Shown piece by piece: positions 1 through 11,230 of a stretch of 64,000 bases of DNA. The position numbers and the translations under genes were made by a program. The stretch comes from an uncultured Phycisphaeraceae bacterium (GTDB lineage Bacteria; Planctomycetota; Phycisphaerae; Phycisphaerales; UBA1924). How positions within the stretch are numbered: the first letter of the stretch is position 1; each line of letters begins with the position of its first letter. The notes below the pieces were generated by a model. It had not been told where the DNA came from. It searched no databases and saw only the letters and a program-made list of their open reading frames with translations. Location: assembly GCA_964496975.1 (NCBI GenBank), contig CAZCBN010000001.1:57678-121677 (forward strand), given 5' to 3'.

Positions 1-674
<674 letters not shown>

Positions 675-692
675 GGGCGACGGGGCATGTAG

Positions 693-743
693 GGCGGCCC
701 GCTCTACGGGCCGCCGCAATCGCGGCCGGAAGCCCCGGCCGCG
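693..743 (+). terminator. Two tandem GC-rich hairpins downstream of clpB (putative intrinsic terminator, no U-tract)
   Basis: Two perfect 9-bp stems: GGCGGCCCG-ctcta-CGGGCCGCC (693-715) and CGCGGCCGG-aagcc-CCGGCCGCG (721-743). Confidence 0.45.
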
Positions 744-766
744 CTACGGATGGCGTCGGCCTATTC

Positions 767-802
767 TGGACTGAATCCAATATTTGAATTAGTATCATCC
801 GG
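767..802 (+). promoter_or_regulatory. Putative promoter/operator of the fur-like gene; geometry suggests a leaderless mRNA
   Basis: TGGACT (767-772), 17-nt spacer, TAGTAT (790-795), then 7 nt to ATG 803 with no Shine-Dalgarno. The only AT-rich stretch in the area. An imperfect inverted repeat ACTGAATCC / TGAATTAGT (770-793) overlaps it. Confidence 0.35.
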
Positions 803-3417
<2,615 letters not shown>

Positions 3418-3425
3418 CACACGGG

Positions 3426-3452
3426 GCGCCGGGCCTTCGGGCCCGGCGCTTT
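3426..3452. terminator. Bidirectional hairpin terminator between convergent katG and the S9 peptidase gene
   Basis: Perfect 10-bp stem GCGCCGGGCC-ttcg-GGCCCGGCGC (3426-3449) followed by TTT. Confidence 0.55.
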
Positions 3453-3465
3453 CCCTGAGGCCGGC

Positions 3466-5610
3466 TCAGCGTCCGATCTTGTACTCCTGCGGCGGTTCGG
3501 CGCCCAGCAGGTGTTTGACGAAGTAGTCCCAGCGCCGGCGCATCATGTAGTTGTTGTCCACGCCGAACCCGTGCCGCTGGTGCGGGTACACGATCAGGTC
3601 GAAGTCCTTGTTCGCCTTGATCAACGCATCCACCACCAGATACGTGTTGTAGATGGGCACGTTGTTGTCCATCGCGCCATGCGCCAGCAGCAACTTGCCT
3701 CGCAGGTTGGCCGCCACCAGCTGATTGGCCTGTGACTCGTAGCTGTCCGCGCCGGCCTGGCGCGTCAACAGTCCCTGAAAGCGCTCGCCCCAGTCGTCCT
3801 CGTAATTGCGGTTGTCATGGTTGCCGGCCTGCGACACGCCAACCTTGAAGAACTCCGGATGCCGGAACATCCCAGCCGCCGTCGCAAACCCGCCGCCCGA
3901 GTGTCCCCAGATCCCCGCCCGCTCGATGTCGATGTAGGCGTGACGTTTCGCCAGTTCCCGCATGCCCGCGATCTGGTCGGGCAGCGTGTTGTCGCCCATG
4001 TCGCCGTAATACGCGTCGGCAAACGACTTCGACCGCCACTCCGTCCCCATGCCGTCGATGGCCACGACGACAAACCCCAGCTCGGCCAGGGCCTGATGAT
4101 CGCTGCGCGCCGCCGAGAAGTTGCGGCTGCCCACGCTGCTGCCCCACGGCCCCGGATAGATGTAGTTGACGATCGGATACTTCCGCGCCGGGTCCAGCGT
4201 CGTCGGGGTGAACATCAGACCATACAGGTCCGTCTGCCCGTCGCGCGCCTTCACCACAATCGGCGTCGGTGGCTTCCAGCCGGTAGCCGTCAGGCGCGAA
4301 ATGTCGGCGCGCTCCAGCTCCAGCACCTGTTCGCCGGTGATGCGCCGCAACACGGAGACCGGGGGCATGACGGGCGTCGAGTAGGTGTCGACGAAGAAGC
4401 GCCCATCCGGCGACAGTGACACGGTGTGATTCGCCGTCTCCGGCGTAAGCAACGTCACCGCGCCATCGTCCATGCCGACGCGATAGAAATGCTGAAAGTA
4501 CGGGTCGCGGCCGGGCTCGCGGCCCACGCCGGTCACGTACAACGCGCGGGCCTGCTCGTCGACCTTGATGAGGCTGGCGACGTTCCACGCGCCGCTTGTG
4601 ATCTGGCGTTTCAGCGCACCGGTTTCGAGGTCGTACAGATACAGATGGCCCCAGTTGTCGCGCTGTGACCACCACAACGCCTCGCGCGAGGCCGGCAACA
4701 CACGCCAGTTGGCCTGCCCAACGGCCGACAAGCCCGACTGAAACTGCGTCTTGACGCGTTCGTCGAACAACGTGCGCACTTCCCCGCTCGTCGTGTCGGC
4801 GACGCGGAACACGGCTTCCTTGTGATCGCGCGAGGACGACACGAACGCGATGCGCGCGCTGTCGGGATACCACTCGACGTCCAGGAGCGTCGTGCCGTCG
4901 GCGATGTGGTCGTTGATCGTCGACCGATGCTGGTCCGCCGGCATCAGCAGCCGCGTGACCTTGGCCGTTTCCACGTCGATGATCACGCGGTGAATCCGGA
5001 AGATCTCCTTGTCCTCCGGCAACGGGTACTTCCAGGCCTCCAGCCTCGGCGCGCCGACGTTGGTCGAGACCAGGTACATCTCACTGACACCCCGGCCGTC
5101 GTGCTGAAACGTCGCGACTTTCTTCGAGTCGGGCGACCACAGCAGCACCGGCGCGTCACTCTTGATCCAGCCGGCGTTGTTGGTGGCGTAGCCGAAGTCC
5201 TTGACGCCGTCGGTCGTCAACTGGCGGTCCTGGCCGGTGCCCAGGTCGCGTACCCACAGATTGAAGTCGCGGATGAACGCCGCGAAGCGGCGATCGGGCG
5301 ACGCCACTGAGTTGGGCGGCAACGCCGGCCCGGCCGTGGGGCCAGCAGGCGCCGGCGGGACGGGCCCCACACTGCGCGTGGCCGACGCCGGATCCACGGT
5401 GACCAGACGCGGCCCCTCCGCGGTGGTGGTCCGATAGGTCAGTCGCCCTTCGGCGGTCCAGGTGAGACCGGTGGCGACGCCAGTGACCAGCGGGTTCACC
5501 GCCGGCGCCAGAAATCGCTCGGCGCGCGCGTAGTCATCGGCGGTCAGCCTGGCCGGCGGTTGTGCCGCAAGCGGCGTGGCGGCCAGCAGGAGAAATATGA
5601 CGAATCTCAT
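3466..5610 (-). CDS. Secreted S9-family serine peptidase (dipeptidyl-peptidase IV-like: beta-propeller + alpha/beta hydrolase)
   Basis: Signal peptide MRFVIFLLLAATPLAAQP. C-terminal hydrolase domain with nucleophile motif GIWGHSGGG and LLLAHGAMDNNV. The 1078-aa track ORF (to 6702) is an artefactual 5' extension antisense to the adjacent kinase gene. Confidence 0.85.
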   Translation of the reverse strand: MRFVIFLLLAATPLAAQPPARLTADDYARAERFLAPAVNPLVTGVATGLTWTAEGRLTYRTTTAEGPRLVTVDPASATRSVGPVPPAPAGPTAGPALPPNSVASPDRRFAAFIRDFNLWVRDLGTGQDRQLTTDGVKDFGYATNNAGWIKSDAPVLLWSPDSKKVATFQHDGRGVSEMYLVSTNVGAPRLEAWKYPLPEDKEIFRIHRVIIDVETAKVTRLLMPADQHRSTINDHIADGTTLLDVEWYPDSARIAFVSSSRDHKEAVFRVADTTSGEVRTLFDERVKTQFQSGLSAVGQANWRVLPASREALWWSQRDNWGHLYLYDLETGALKRQITSGAWNVASLIKVDEQARALYVTGVGREPGRDPYFQHFYRVGMDDGAVTLLTPETANHTVSLSPDGRFFVDTYSTPVMPPVSVLRRITGEQVLELERADISRLTATGWKPPTPIVVKARDGQTDLYGLMFTPTTLDPARKYPIVNYIYPGPWGSSVGSRNFSAARSDHQALAELGFVVVAIDGMGTEWRSKSFADAYYGDMGDNTLPDQIAGMRELAKRHAYIDIERAGIWGHSGGGFATAAGMFRHPEFFKVGVSQAGNHDNRNYEDDWGERFQGLLTRQAGADSYESQANQLVAANLRGKLLLAHGAMDNNVPIYNTYLVVDALIKANKDFDLIVYPHQRHGFGVDNNYMMRRRWDYFVKHLLGAEPPQEYKIGR

Positions 5611-5617
5611 GGCGATT

Positions 5618-5640
5618 ACCCTATCGCATGACCGTAGAAT
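5618..5640. promoter_or_regulatory. Back-to-back -10-like hexamers for divergent, probably leaderless, transcripts
   Basis: TAGAAT (5635-5640) lies 6 nt before ATG 5647 on the + strand. TAGGGT (complement of 5618-5623) lies 7 nt before the ATG at 5610 on the - strand. The intergenic region is only 36 nt and no SD is present for either gene. Confidence 0.3.
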
Positions 5641-5646
5641 GGCGCC

Positions 5647-7176
5647 ATGCCGGCGGCCCCCGGCCCGTCGCCCGACCTCGAGCGGCTTCTGCGCGACCTG
5701 CGCGAGGCGCAGGCCGTGGCGCGCATGGGCTCGTGGACGACCGACTTGACGACCATGGCCGTGACCTGGTCGGAAGAAACCCACCGCATCTTCGAAACGG
5801 ATCCGGTGACATTTGCGCCGACCCACGCGGCATTCCTCGCCTTGGTGCACTCCGACGATCGCGCGGCCGTGGACGCCGCGTTCGTGGAGTCGCTCACGAG
5901 GCCCGATCCGCAGGAAATCGAACATCGGCTCGTCGTGCACGGCCGGGTCAAGACCGTGCGGGAACGATGGCAGGTCATCCGCGATGACGCTGGCCAGCCG
6001 CAGCGCGCGATCGGCACGTGCCAGGACATCACCGAGCGCAAGGCGCGTGAAGCGGAACGGCTGCGCAACCAGCGGCTGGAGAGCATCGGCAACCTCGCCG
6101 GCGGCATCGCACACGACCTGAACAACCTGCTGGCGCCCATCCTCATGTCCGTCGCGCTGCTCAAGGAAGACGAGCGCGACCCCGAACGCGCGGAGATGCT
6201 GGCCACGATTGACACCAACGCCCGGCGTGGCGCCGACCTGGTCCGCCAGGTGCTCACCTACGCCCGTGGTCAGGAGACCTCCAGGCAGGTCGTGGATCTG
6301 GAGGGGCTGGTCCAGGACGTCGCCCACGTGGTGCGCGAAACGTTCCCCCGCAGCATCGCGCTCGACGTGCACATTGCCTCCGGGGTGCCGCTCGTGGTGG
6401 GTGACATCACGCAGTTGCTTCAGGTGCTGATGAACCTGGTGGTCAACGCCAGGGATGCGATGCGCGACGGCGGGCAGTTGACGATCGCGCTCGCCCCTGG
6501 CAGCCGGGCCGATCGTCCCGGGGTGTGGCTGGACGTCGCCGACTCGGGCGTGGGCATGACGCCGGATGTGCTCGACCAGATTTTCGACCCGTTCTTCACG
6601 ACCAAGGACATCGGGCACGGCACGGGCCTGGGTCTGTCCACCGTCCAGGCGATCGTCAGCACCCACGGCGGCCACATCGACGTGACCTCCGCCCCCGGAC
6701 ACGGGTCACGGTTCCGCATCTGGTGGCCTGCGGCCCCGTCCACCTCGACCGTCACACCCTCAGCACCACCCCGCACCCTGCCGACCCGTGGCGCCGGTCA
6801 GGTGGTGCTCATCGTCGACGATGAAGACAGCATTCGTCAGCTGGCACGCCAGCCCCTCGAACATCACGGGTACACGGTGCGGACGGCCACCAACGGGCGG
6901 GACGCCGTCGAGATCGTGGCGGCCAATCCCGACGGCATCGCGCTGGTGCTGACCGACATGTCGATGCCGGTGATGGACGGCCTGACCGCGGTGCACGCGA
7001 TGCGCCGCCTCAATCCGTCGCTGCGGATCCTGACGTCGAGCGGCCTGCCGGCCGCCGCCGGTCCGGCCCAGGCGCGTGACGTCGACGGGCTCCCCTTCCT
7101 GGCGAAGCCCTACGCCGCCGACGACCTGCTGCACGCGGTCGCCCAGGCGCTGGCGTCGCCTACCTCCCCACCGTGA
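5647..7176 (+). CDS. Hybrid sensor histidine kinase (PAS - HisKA - HATPase_c - receiver)
   Basis: PAS-like MGSWTTDL..WSEETHRIFE, H-box GGIAHDLNNLLAPI, ATPase G-box DIGHGTGLGLS, and a C-terminal receiver VVLIVDDEDSIRQL..LTDMSMPVMDG..AKP. Confidence 0.85.
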   Translation: MPAAPGPSPDLERLLRDLREAQAVARMGSWTTDLTTMAVTWSEETHRIFETDPVTFAPTHAAFLALVHSDDRAAVDAAFVESLTRPDPQEIEHRLVVHGRVKTVRERWQVIRDDAGQPQRAIGTCQDITERKAREAERLRNQRLESIGNLAGGIAHDLNNLLAPILMSVALLKEDERDPERAEMLATIDTNARRGADLVRQVLTYARGQETSRQVVDLEGLVQDVAHVVRETFPRSIALDVHIASGVPLVVGDITQLLQVLMNLVVNARDAMRDGGQLTIALAPGSRADRPGVWLDVADSGVGMTPDVLDQIFDPFFTTKDIGHGTGLGLSTVQAIVSTHGGHIDVTSAPGHGSRFRIWWPAAPSTSTVTPSAPPRTLPTRGAGQVVLIVDDEDSIRQLARQPLEHHGYTVRTATNGRDAVEIVAANPDGIALVLTDMSMPVMDGLTAVHAMRRLNPSLRILTSSGLPAAAGPAQARDVDGLPFLAKPYAADDLLHAVAQALASPTSPP

Positions 7177-8920
7177 AGTTCACCGCCACGACCATCGTCA
7201 CTTCGATCGGCTGACCATTCAACTGCGTCGGCGTGAACTCCCACTGCCGCACGGCGTCGAGCGCAGCCCCGGCCAATGTCTCGGGTCCCTTCAGGATGCT
7301 GGCGTCGGTCACGGTGCCGTCTGGTCCAATCGTGCTTTGGACGATGACGACCGTATCCTGGGTGACGACACCGGCCGGGCACACCGGCGCGACGTGCCGG
7401 GTCTTCTTCGGTGGACGAATGTGGCCGCCGACGCGAATCGGCTGCATCGGCGCCTGCGCCTGCAGCGACGGAACGAACAGCTGCCACAGCGAACGCGCAT
7501 GTGAACTCGAGCAGACGACACTGACGGCCTCAGTGAGCTCGCCAACCGCAAGTGTCACCGGCGTGTCGACCGTCTGCCCGGCGGGCACGCGCAGCGCGGC
7601 GCGTGTGGTGCGGAAGCCCGACAGCTGCACCCTCAGCTCGTAGTCGCCCGCCGGCAGATCACCAATCGTGTACCGACCGTTCGCCGCGCTGATCGCCGTG
7701 CGATCCGCGCGCGTCGCCACATCGGTGATCGTAATCCGGGCCCCGGGGATGACGCCGCCGGTCTGGTCCGTAACCAACCCGGTGGCGGCGCCTGCTTGCA
7801 CTGGCGCGGCAGGCTCCGGCGCGGGTGTGGGCCGGGGTGCGGGCGTGGGCGCAGGCGCCGAAGTCGAGGCTGGCGCCGAAGCCGGCGCCGGCGCAGGCGC
7901 CTGCGCGAGGTCAGGTCCGCCCGACGGCGCGGGCACGACCGGGAAGGCGTCGGGTTCCAGACTGAGCGCGGCGAGCGGCAGACTGCAGGCCAGCGCGATG
8001 AGCATCACGACGGTCCAGCCGCCGACGGTGAGGGGCGTACGACGACGATGATCGAGCATGGCAACAACTCTCCTCTCGAGCGTGGAAGGGTGGGCAATGG
8101 CCGGGGCCGACGCCCACGCGGCGCGACGTCCCTTCAGCGAGGTGGCAAGGTCCAGCAGGTGCGCGCCGTAGGTGGACGGCTTGACGCCGGCCTGCAGCAC
8201 GGCGTCGTCACACGCATGTTCACTTTCCTGGCGCAGGCGGCGGCAGGCGACCCAGACCAGGGGATTCAGCGGCAGCAGACAGCGCACCAATTCGGCCGCG
8301 ACCTGCACGGCCGCATCGTTCCGCTTGATGTGCGCCAGTTCATGGGTCAGGACGATGCGACGGCGATCGTCCGGCCAGTCGTCAGCGCCGTCCGGCAGGA
8401 TGATGCCTGGCCGCAGGGTGCCGAACGCCACAAGGATGGCGGGGTCAGTGCTTTGGAGCACCTGGATCCGGCGCGTGATGCCCATGCTGCTCGCCAGCGC
8501 GTCCGTCAACGCACGCCACGCGTCAGCGGCCGGCACACATCGTCGTCTGAGGCGGATGAGCCGGACGATGTCGACGAGCAGCGCGGTCAGCAGGACGACG
8601 GAGGCCGCGAGCCACATCCAGCCGACCACCGCGACCCATGAGACGGGTTCAGCAGCGGCGGTCGGCGTCGTGCCCCCGGCCGGTCCGCTGACGGCCACGG
8701 TCGCGGCCCCTGAAGGGAGTCCGTCGGCGGTCCATCCGGCGATGGAGATTTCGGGCACCGCGGCGTCGAGCAACGGCATCATCGCGACCACGGCGAGAGC
8801 CGAGGCGAGGATGGCGTGGCGCAGCGCCGCGGACCTGGTGCGCAGCAGGGCAACGATAAACAGCGCGCCGGCCAGCAGCGCCGCACCGGCGAAAAGACTT
8901 GTCAGCAGCAGGGGCATCAT
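7160..8920 (-). CDS. BlaR1/M56-family membrane sensor-peptidase fused to a CarboxypepD_reg-like domain and a TonB C-terminal domain
   Basis: HELAHIKRND zinc motif in a multi-TM N-domain, then a Pro/Ala-rich linker. Next comes GLVTDQTGGVIPGARITI..GDYELRV (beta-sandwich) and a C-terminal LDAVRQWEFTPTQLNGQPIEVTMVV (TonB_C-like). The start overlaps the blaI-like stop (ATGA, 8917-8920). Confidence 0.8.
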   Translation of the reverse strand: MMPLLLTSLFAGAALLAGALFIVALLRTRSAALRHAILASALAVVAMMPLLDAAVPEISIAGWTADGLPSGAATVAVSGPAGGTTPTAAAEPVSWVAVVGWMWLAASVVLLTALLVDIVRLIRLRRRCVPAADAWRALTDALASSMGITRRIQVLQSTDPAILVAFGTLRPGIILPDGADDWPDDRRRIVLTHELAHIKRNDAAVQVAAELVRCLLPLNPLVWVACRRLRQESEHACDDAVLQAGVKPSTYGAHLLDLATSLKGRRAAWASAPAIAHPSTLERRVVAMLDHRRRTPLTVGGWTVVMLIALACSLPLAALSLEPDAFPVVPAPSGGPDLAQAPAPAPASAPASTSAPAPTPAPRPTPAPEPAAPVQAGAATGLVTDQTGGVIPGARITITDVATRADRTAISAANGRYTIGDLPAGDYELRVQLSGFRTTRAALRVPAGQTVDTPVTLAVGELTEAVSVVCSSSHARSLWQLFVPSLQAQAPMQPIRVGGHIRPPKKTRHVAPVCPAGVVTQDTVVIVQSTIGPDGTVTDASILKGPETLAGAALDAVRQWEFTPTQLNGQPIEVTMVVAVNFTVGR

Positions 8921-9306
8921 CGCTGCTCCTTCCGCGCCTTCTGAATCAGCGCGGCGATGCGTTCCAGTTCCTCGTCGGAGAGCCGGGTCGCTTCGCCGCC
9001 CAGCAGCGCCGACACGGCTTTTTCGGGTGAGCCGTCAAAAAACGTCTCGATGACGTGGCGCAGCGCCGAGCGGCGTGCCGCGTGACGCGCCACGACCGGC
9101 GCGTACACGAACCGGGCGCCGTCCTTGTCGTGCCGGACGTGGCCCTTCTGCTCCAGCACGCGCAGCTGGGTGCGCACCGTGGAGTACGTGGTGTCGGCGG
9201 GCAGGTCGTCCATGACCTCGGCCGCCGTGGCACGGCCACGGCGGAAGAGGATGTCCATGATCTGCCGTTCGCGGCGGGACAGGCTGAGGTGCAGGGTTCG
9301 GGGCAT
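8917..9306 (-). CDS. BlaI/MecI/CopY-family transcriptional repressor
   Basis: 129 aa with the winged helix LSRRERQIMDILFRRGRATAAEVMDDL..YSTVRTQLRVLEQKGHVRH. Translationally coupled to the downstream M56 gene. Confidence 0.85.
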   Translation of the reverse strand: MPRTLHLSLSRRERQIMDILFRRGRATAAEVMDDLPADTTYSTVRTQLRVLEQKGHVRHDKDGARFVYAPVVARHAARRSALRHVIETFFDGSPEKAVSALLGGEATRLSDEELERIAALIQKARKEQR

Positions 9307-9346
9307 GTGTTATTTCTCTCGCACTTATGTGCGAAAGAAATAACAC
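9307..9346. promoter_or_regulatory. 40-bp near-perfect palindrome abutting the blaI-like start codon (putative BlaI-type operator)
   Basis: GTGTTATTTCT-c-TCGCAC-ttat-GTGCGA-a-AGAAATAACAC. The arms are 11+6 bp with one mismatch, and the palindrome starts 1 nt upstream of the ATG (9306). Confidence 0.55.
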
Positions 9347-9375
9347 CTCACGGCGGGGCTGTCAAGCCGGCGGGA

Positions 9376-11172
9376 TCAACGGCGGGCCACGCAGGACACG
9401 AGGCGGCCCACGTCGCGGCCGGCCATCCAGCCGCGCCGCGACCAGTCGCCAGCCAATCCGGCAATGGCGCTGACCAGGTCCCCGTGTCGGCGCGCGGCCG
9501 CGTGCGCCGCGGCCACCACGTCATTGAGCGTCACACCGCCAGGCAGGAGCCGATTCTCCACGCGCGTGGTGCAGGCGCCGATACTCACCGTGGCCGCCAT
9601 GTTCGAGTGCGGCACGCGATCCTCCGCGTCGGGCACGCCGTCGCCATCGCTGTCGGAGGGCGGTGGAGGCGGCGGTGGCGCGAGCACCGTCACCAGAAAA
9701 CTCGTCTGGCTGGCGTTGCCGCTGGTGTCGGTGGCGGTGCAGGTCACCCGGGTCTCACCGATCGCAAACCACGTGCCGCTCATCGGCGCGCAGCCGGCCG
9801 GCAGGGCGCCGTCCACCAGGTCAACCGCGGCGACCGCAGCCCACGTCACCGTCGCACCGTGGTCGGCCGCCGCCGTCACGGTGACATCCGCAAGGGCCGG
9901 CCACGCCGGCGCCGTCGTGTCAGCCACGCGCACCAGGAAGCTCGTGCGGCCGACATTGCCGGCGTCGTCGATGCCGGTGCAGGTCACCGGCGTGTTGCCC
10001 ACCGCGAACGCGGATCCGCTCGCGGGCTGGCACTCCACGACGGGGTTCTCGGTGACGGCATCGGTGGCTGATGGCGGATTCCACTCCACCACCGTGACCG
10101 CGCCGACGGCTTCCACGTACACGTCCGCCATGAACCCCAACGTCGGCGCCACGGTGTCAGCGACCGTCACCACCGACTCGAAGGTCGTCTGGTTGCCCCA
10201 TCCATCGACGGCCGCACAATGGAACGTGTGCGAGCCCACGGGATACCACCCGAACGGCTCGGCGCACACCGTGTCCGTCGGGCGCGGGATGCCGGCGCTC
10301 GACAGCGCATCGACCGCCCCGAGCGTGGCGGCCTGCACTTCTGCCCCGGCCGGTGCACTGGCTTCCATCGTCAGCGCGCTGTGACCAGGCGCCGGCGGCC
10401 AGTCATCACGCCACGCCGCGTAGAACCCCAGATTGGTCGTGAGTTCCAGCGACGCGGCCGTCCCTGATCGATCGGCGTAGAAGATGTTGAACGCGTACAC
10501 GTCGTGGTTCTGCAGACCGAGGGTGGACAGGTCCACCTGCCGGCAGGCGTGCGCCCGCACGCCGCCCATGTCGACGACCAGGGTGTCGTTGATGAAGATC
10601 CAGAGCGAATCGTCCGCGCAGACGCGCAGGGTTGGCTGCACGACGGTTTGATGACGGAAGTACCACTGCCCCTGCAGGGTGAAGTGCCCGTTGCGGGTGG
10701 TCTCCGGTAGATTCCCGAAGCCGCGGCCGTGCAGCGGATCAAACGCGTCACTTCTGAACCGGTAGACCCCGCCGCCCAGGTGTCTGAAGGTCAGGGAGTC
10801 GTTGAGGGTGTGGACGGTGGGCGCATCGCCCTCGAACGACGCGTTGTAGGCCGTGCTGGCAAACCAACTGCCGAACGTCTCAGGGCCGAAGGTCGTCGCC
10901 GACGACGATGGTTGCATCACGCCCAACCCGGTCGAGGGGTGGGGCGTCAGCGTCGACAGCACTTCACCGGTCACCAGGCCCGTGGGGGCCCCGCCGAAGT
11001 CGGGATGGCTCACCGTTCCGGGAGGCGGCACCTGTGGACTGGCGACGACATCGCGCAGGATGACCGGCACCGAGTACGAGGCCGGCCACTGCGCCGAGGC
11101 GGCGGTGGGTGCGGCCAGGCTGATGGCGCCGGTGATGACCACAGACACGATGAGGAGCGCTACGCGAGTCAT
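9376..11172 (-). CDS. Secreted surface protein: fibro-slime/PA14-like domain + three HYR-like repeats + TSP3-type acidic Ca-binding motif
   Basis: Signal peptide MTRVALLIVSVVITGAISLAAPTAASA. Fibro-slime-like HFTLQGQWYF..DDSLWIFINDTLVVDMGG..FNIFYADR. Three repeats of the form G.H.F.C.A.D..GN...F.V.V.D...P. Also a PPPPPPP stretch and DSDGDGVPDAED. The track ORF (to 11508) is 5'-extended. Confidence 0.7.
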   Translation of the reverse strand: MTRVALLIVSVVITGAISLAAPTAASAQWPASYSVPVILRDVVASPQVPPPGTVSHPDFGGAPTGLVTGEVLSTLTPHPSTGLGVMQPSSSATTFGPETFGSWFASTAYNASFEGDAPTVHTLNDSLTFRHLGGGVYRFRSDAFDPLHGRGFGNLPETTRNGHFTLQGQWYFRHQTVVQPTLRVCADDSLWIFINDTLVVDMGGVRAHACRQVDLSTLGLQNHDVYAFNIFYADRSGTAASLELTTNLGFYAAWRDDWPPAPGHSALTMEASAPAGAEVQAATLGAVDALSSAGIPRPTDTVCAEPFGWYPVGSHTFHCAAVDGWGNQTTFESVVTVADTVAPTLGFMADVYVEAVGAVTVVEWNPPSATDAVTENPVVECQPASGSAFAVGNTPVTCTGIDDAGNVGRTSFLVRVADTTAPAWPALADVTVTAAADHGATVTWAAVAAVDLVDGALPAGCAPMSGTWFAIGETRVTCTATDTSGNASQTSFLVTVLAPPPPPPPSDSDGDGVPDAEDRVPHSNMAATVSIGACTTRVENRLLPGGVTLNDVVAAAHAAARRHGDLVSAIAGLAGDWSRRGWMAGRDVGRLVSCVARR

Positions 11173-11230
11173 GGCCCAAGGATGGCCGGCGGCGCCGCGC
11201 GGCGGAATAGGTAGACCTACGTATTTCAAG

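Noticed and set aside
3466-6702. 1078-aa ORF on the minus strand listed as a single reading frame
   Set aside because: Only the C-terminal 714 aa (from MRFVIFLLL, ATG 5610) look like a protein (signal peptide + S9 peptidase). The upstream 360 codons are Arg/Gly/His-rich antisense sequence of the hybrid kinase gene.
7790-7925. Apparent GC-rich tandem repetition (GGCGC/GGTGC/GCCGG units)
   Set aside because: It is the coding sequence of the Pro/Ala-rich linker (APAPAPASAPASTSAPAPTPAPRPTPAPEPAAP) of the BlaR1-like protein, not an independent repeat element.
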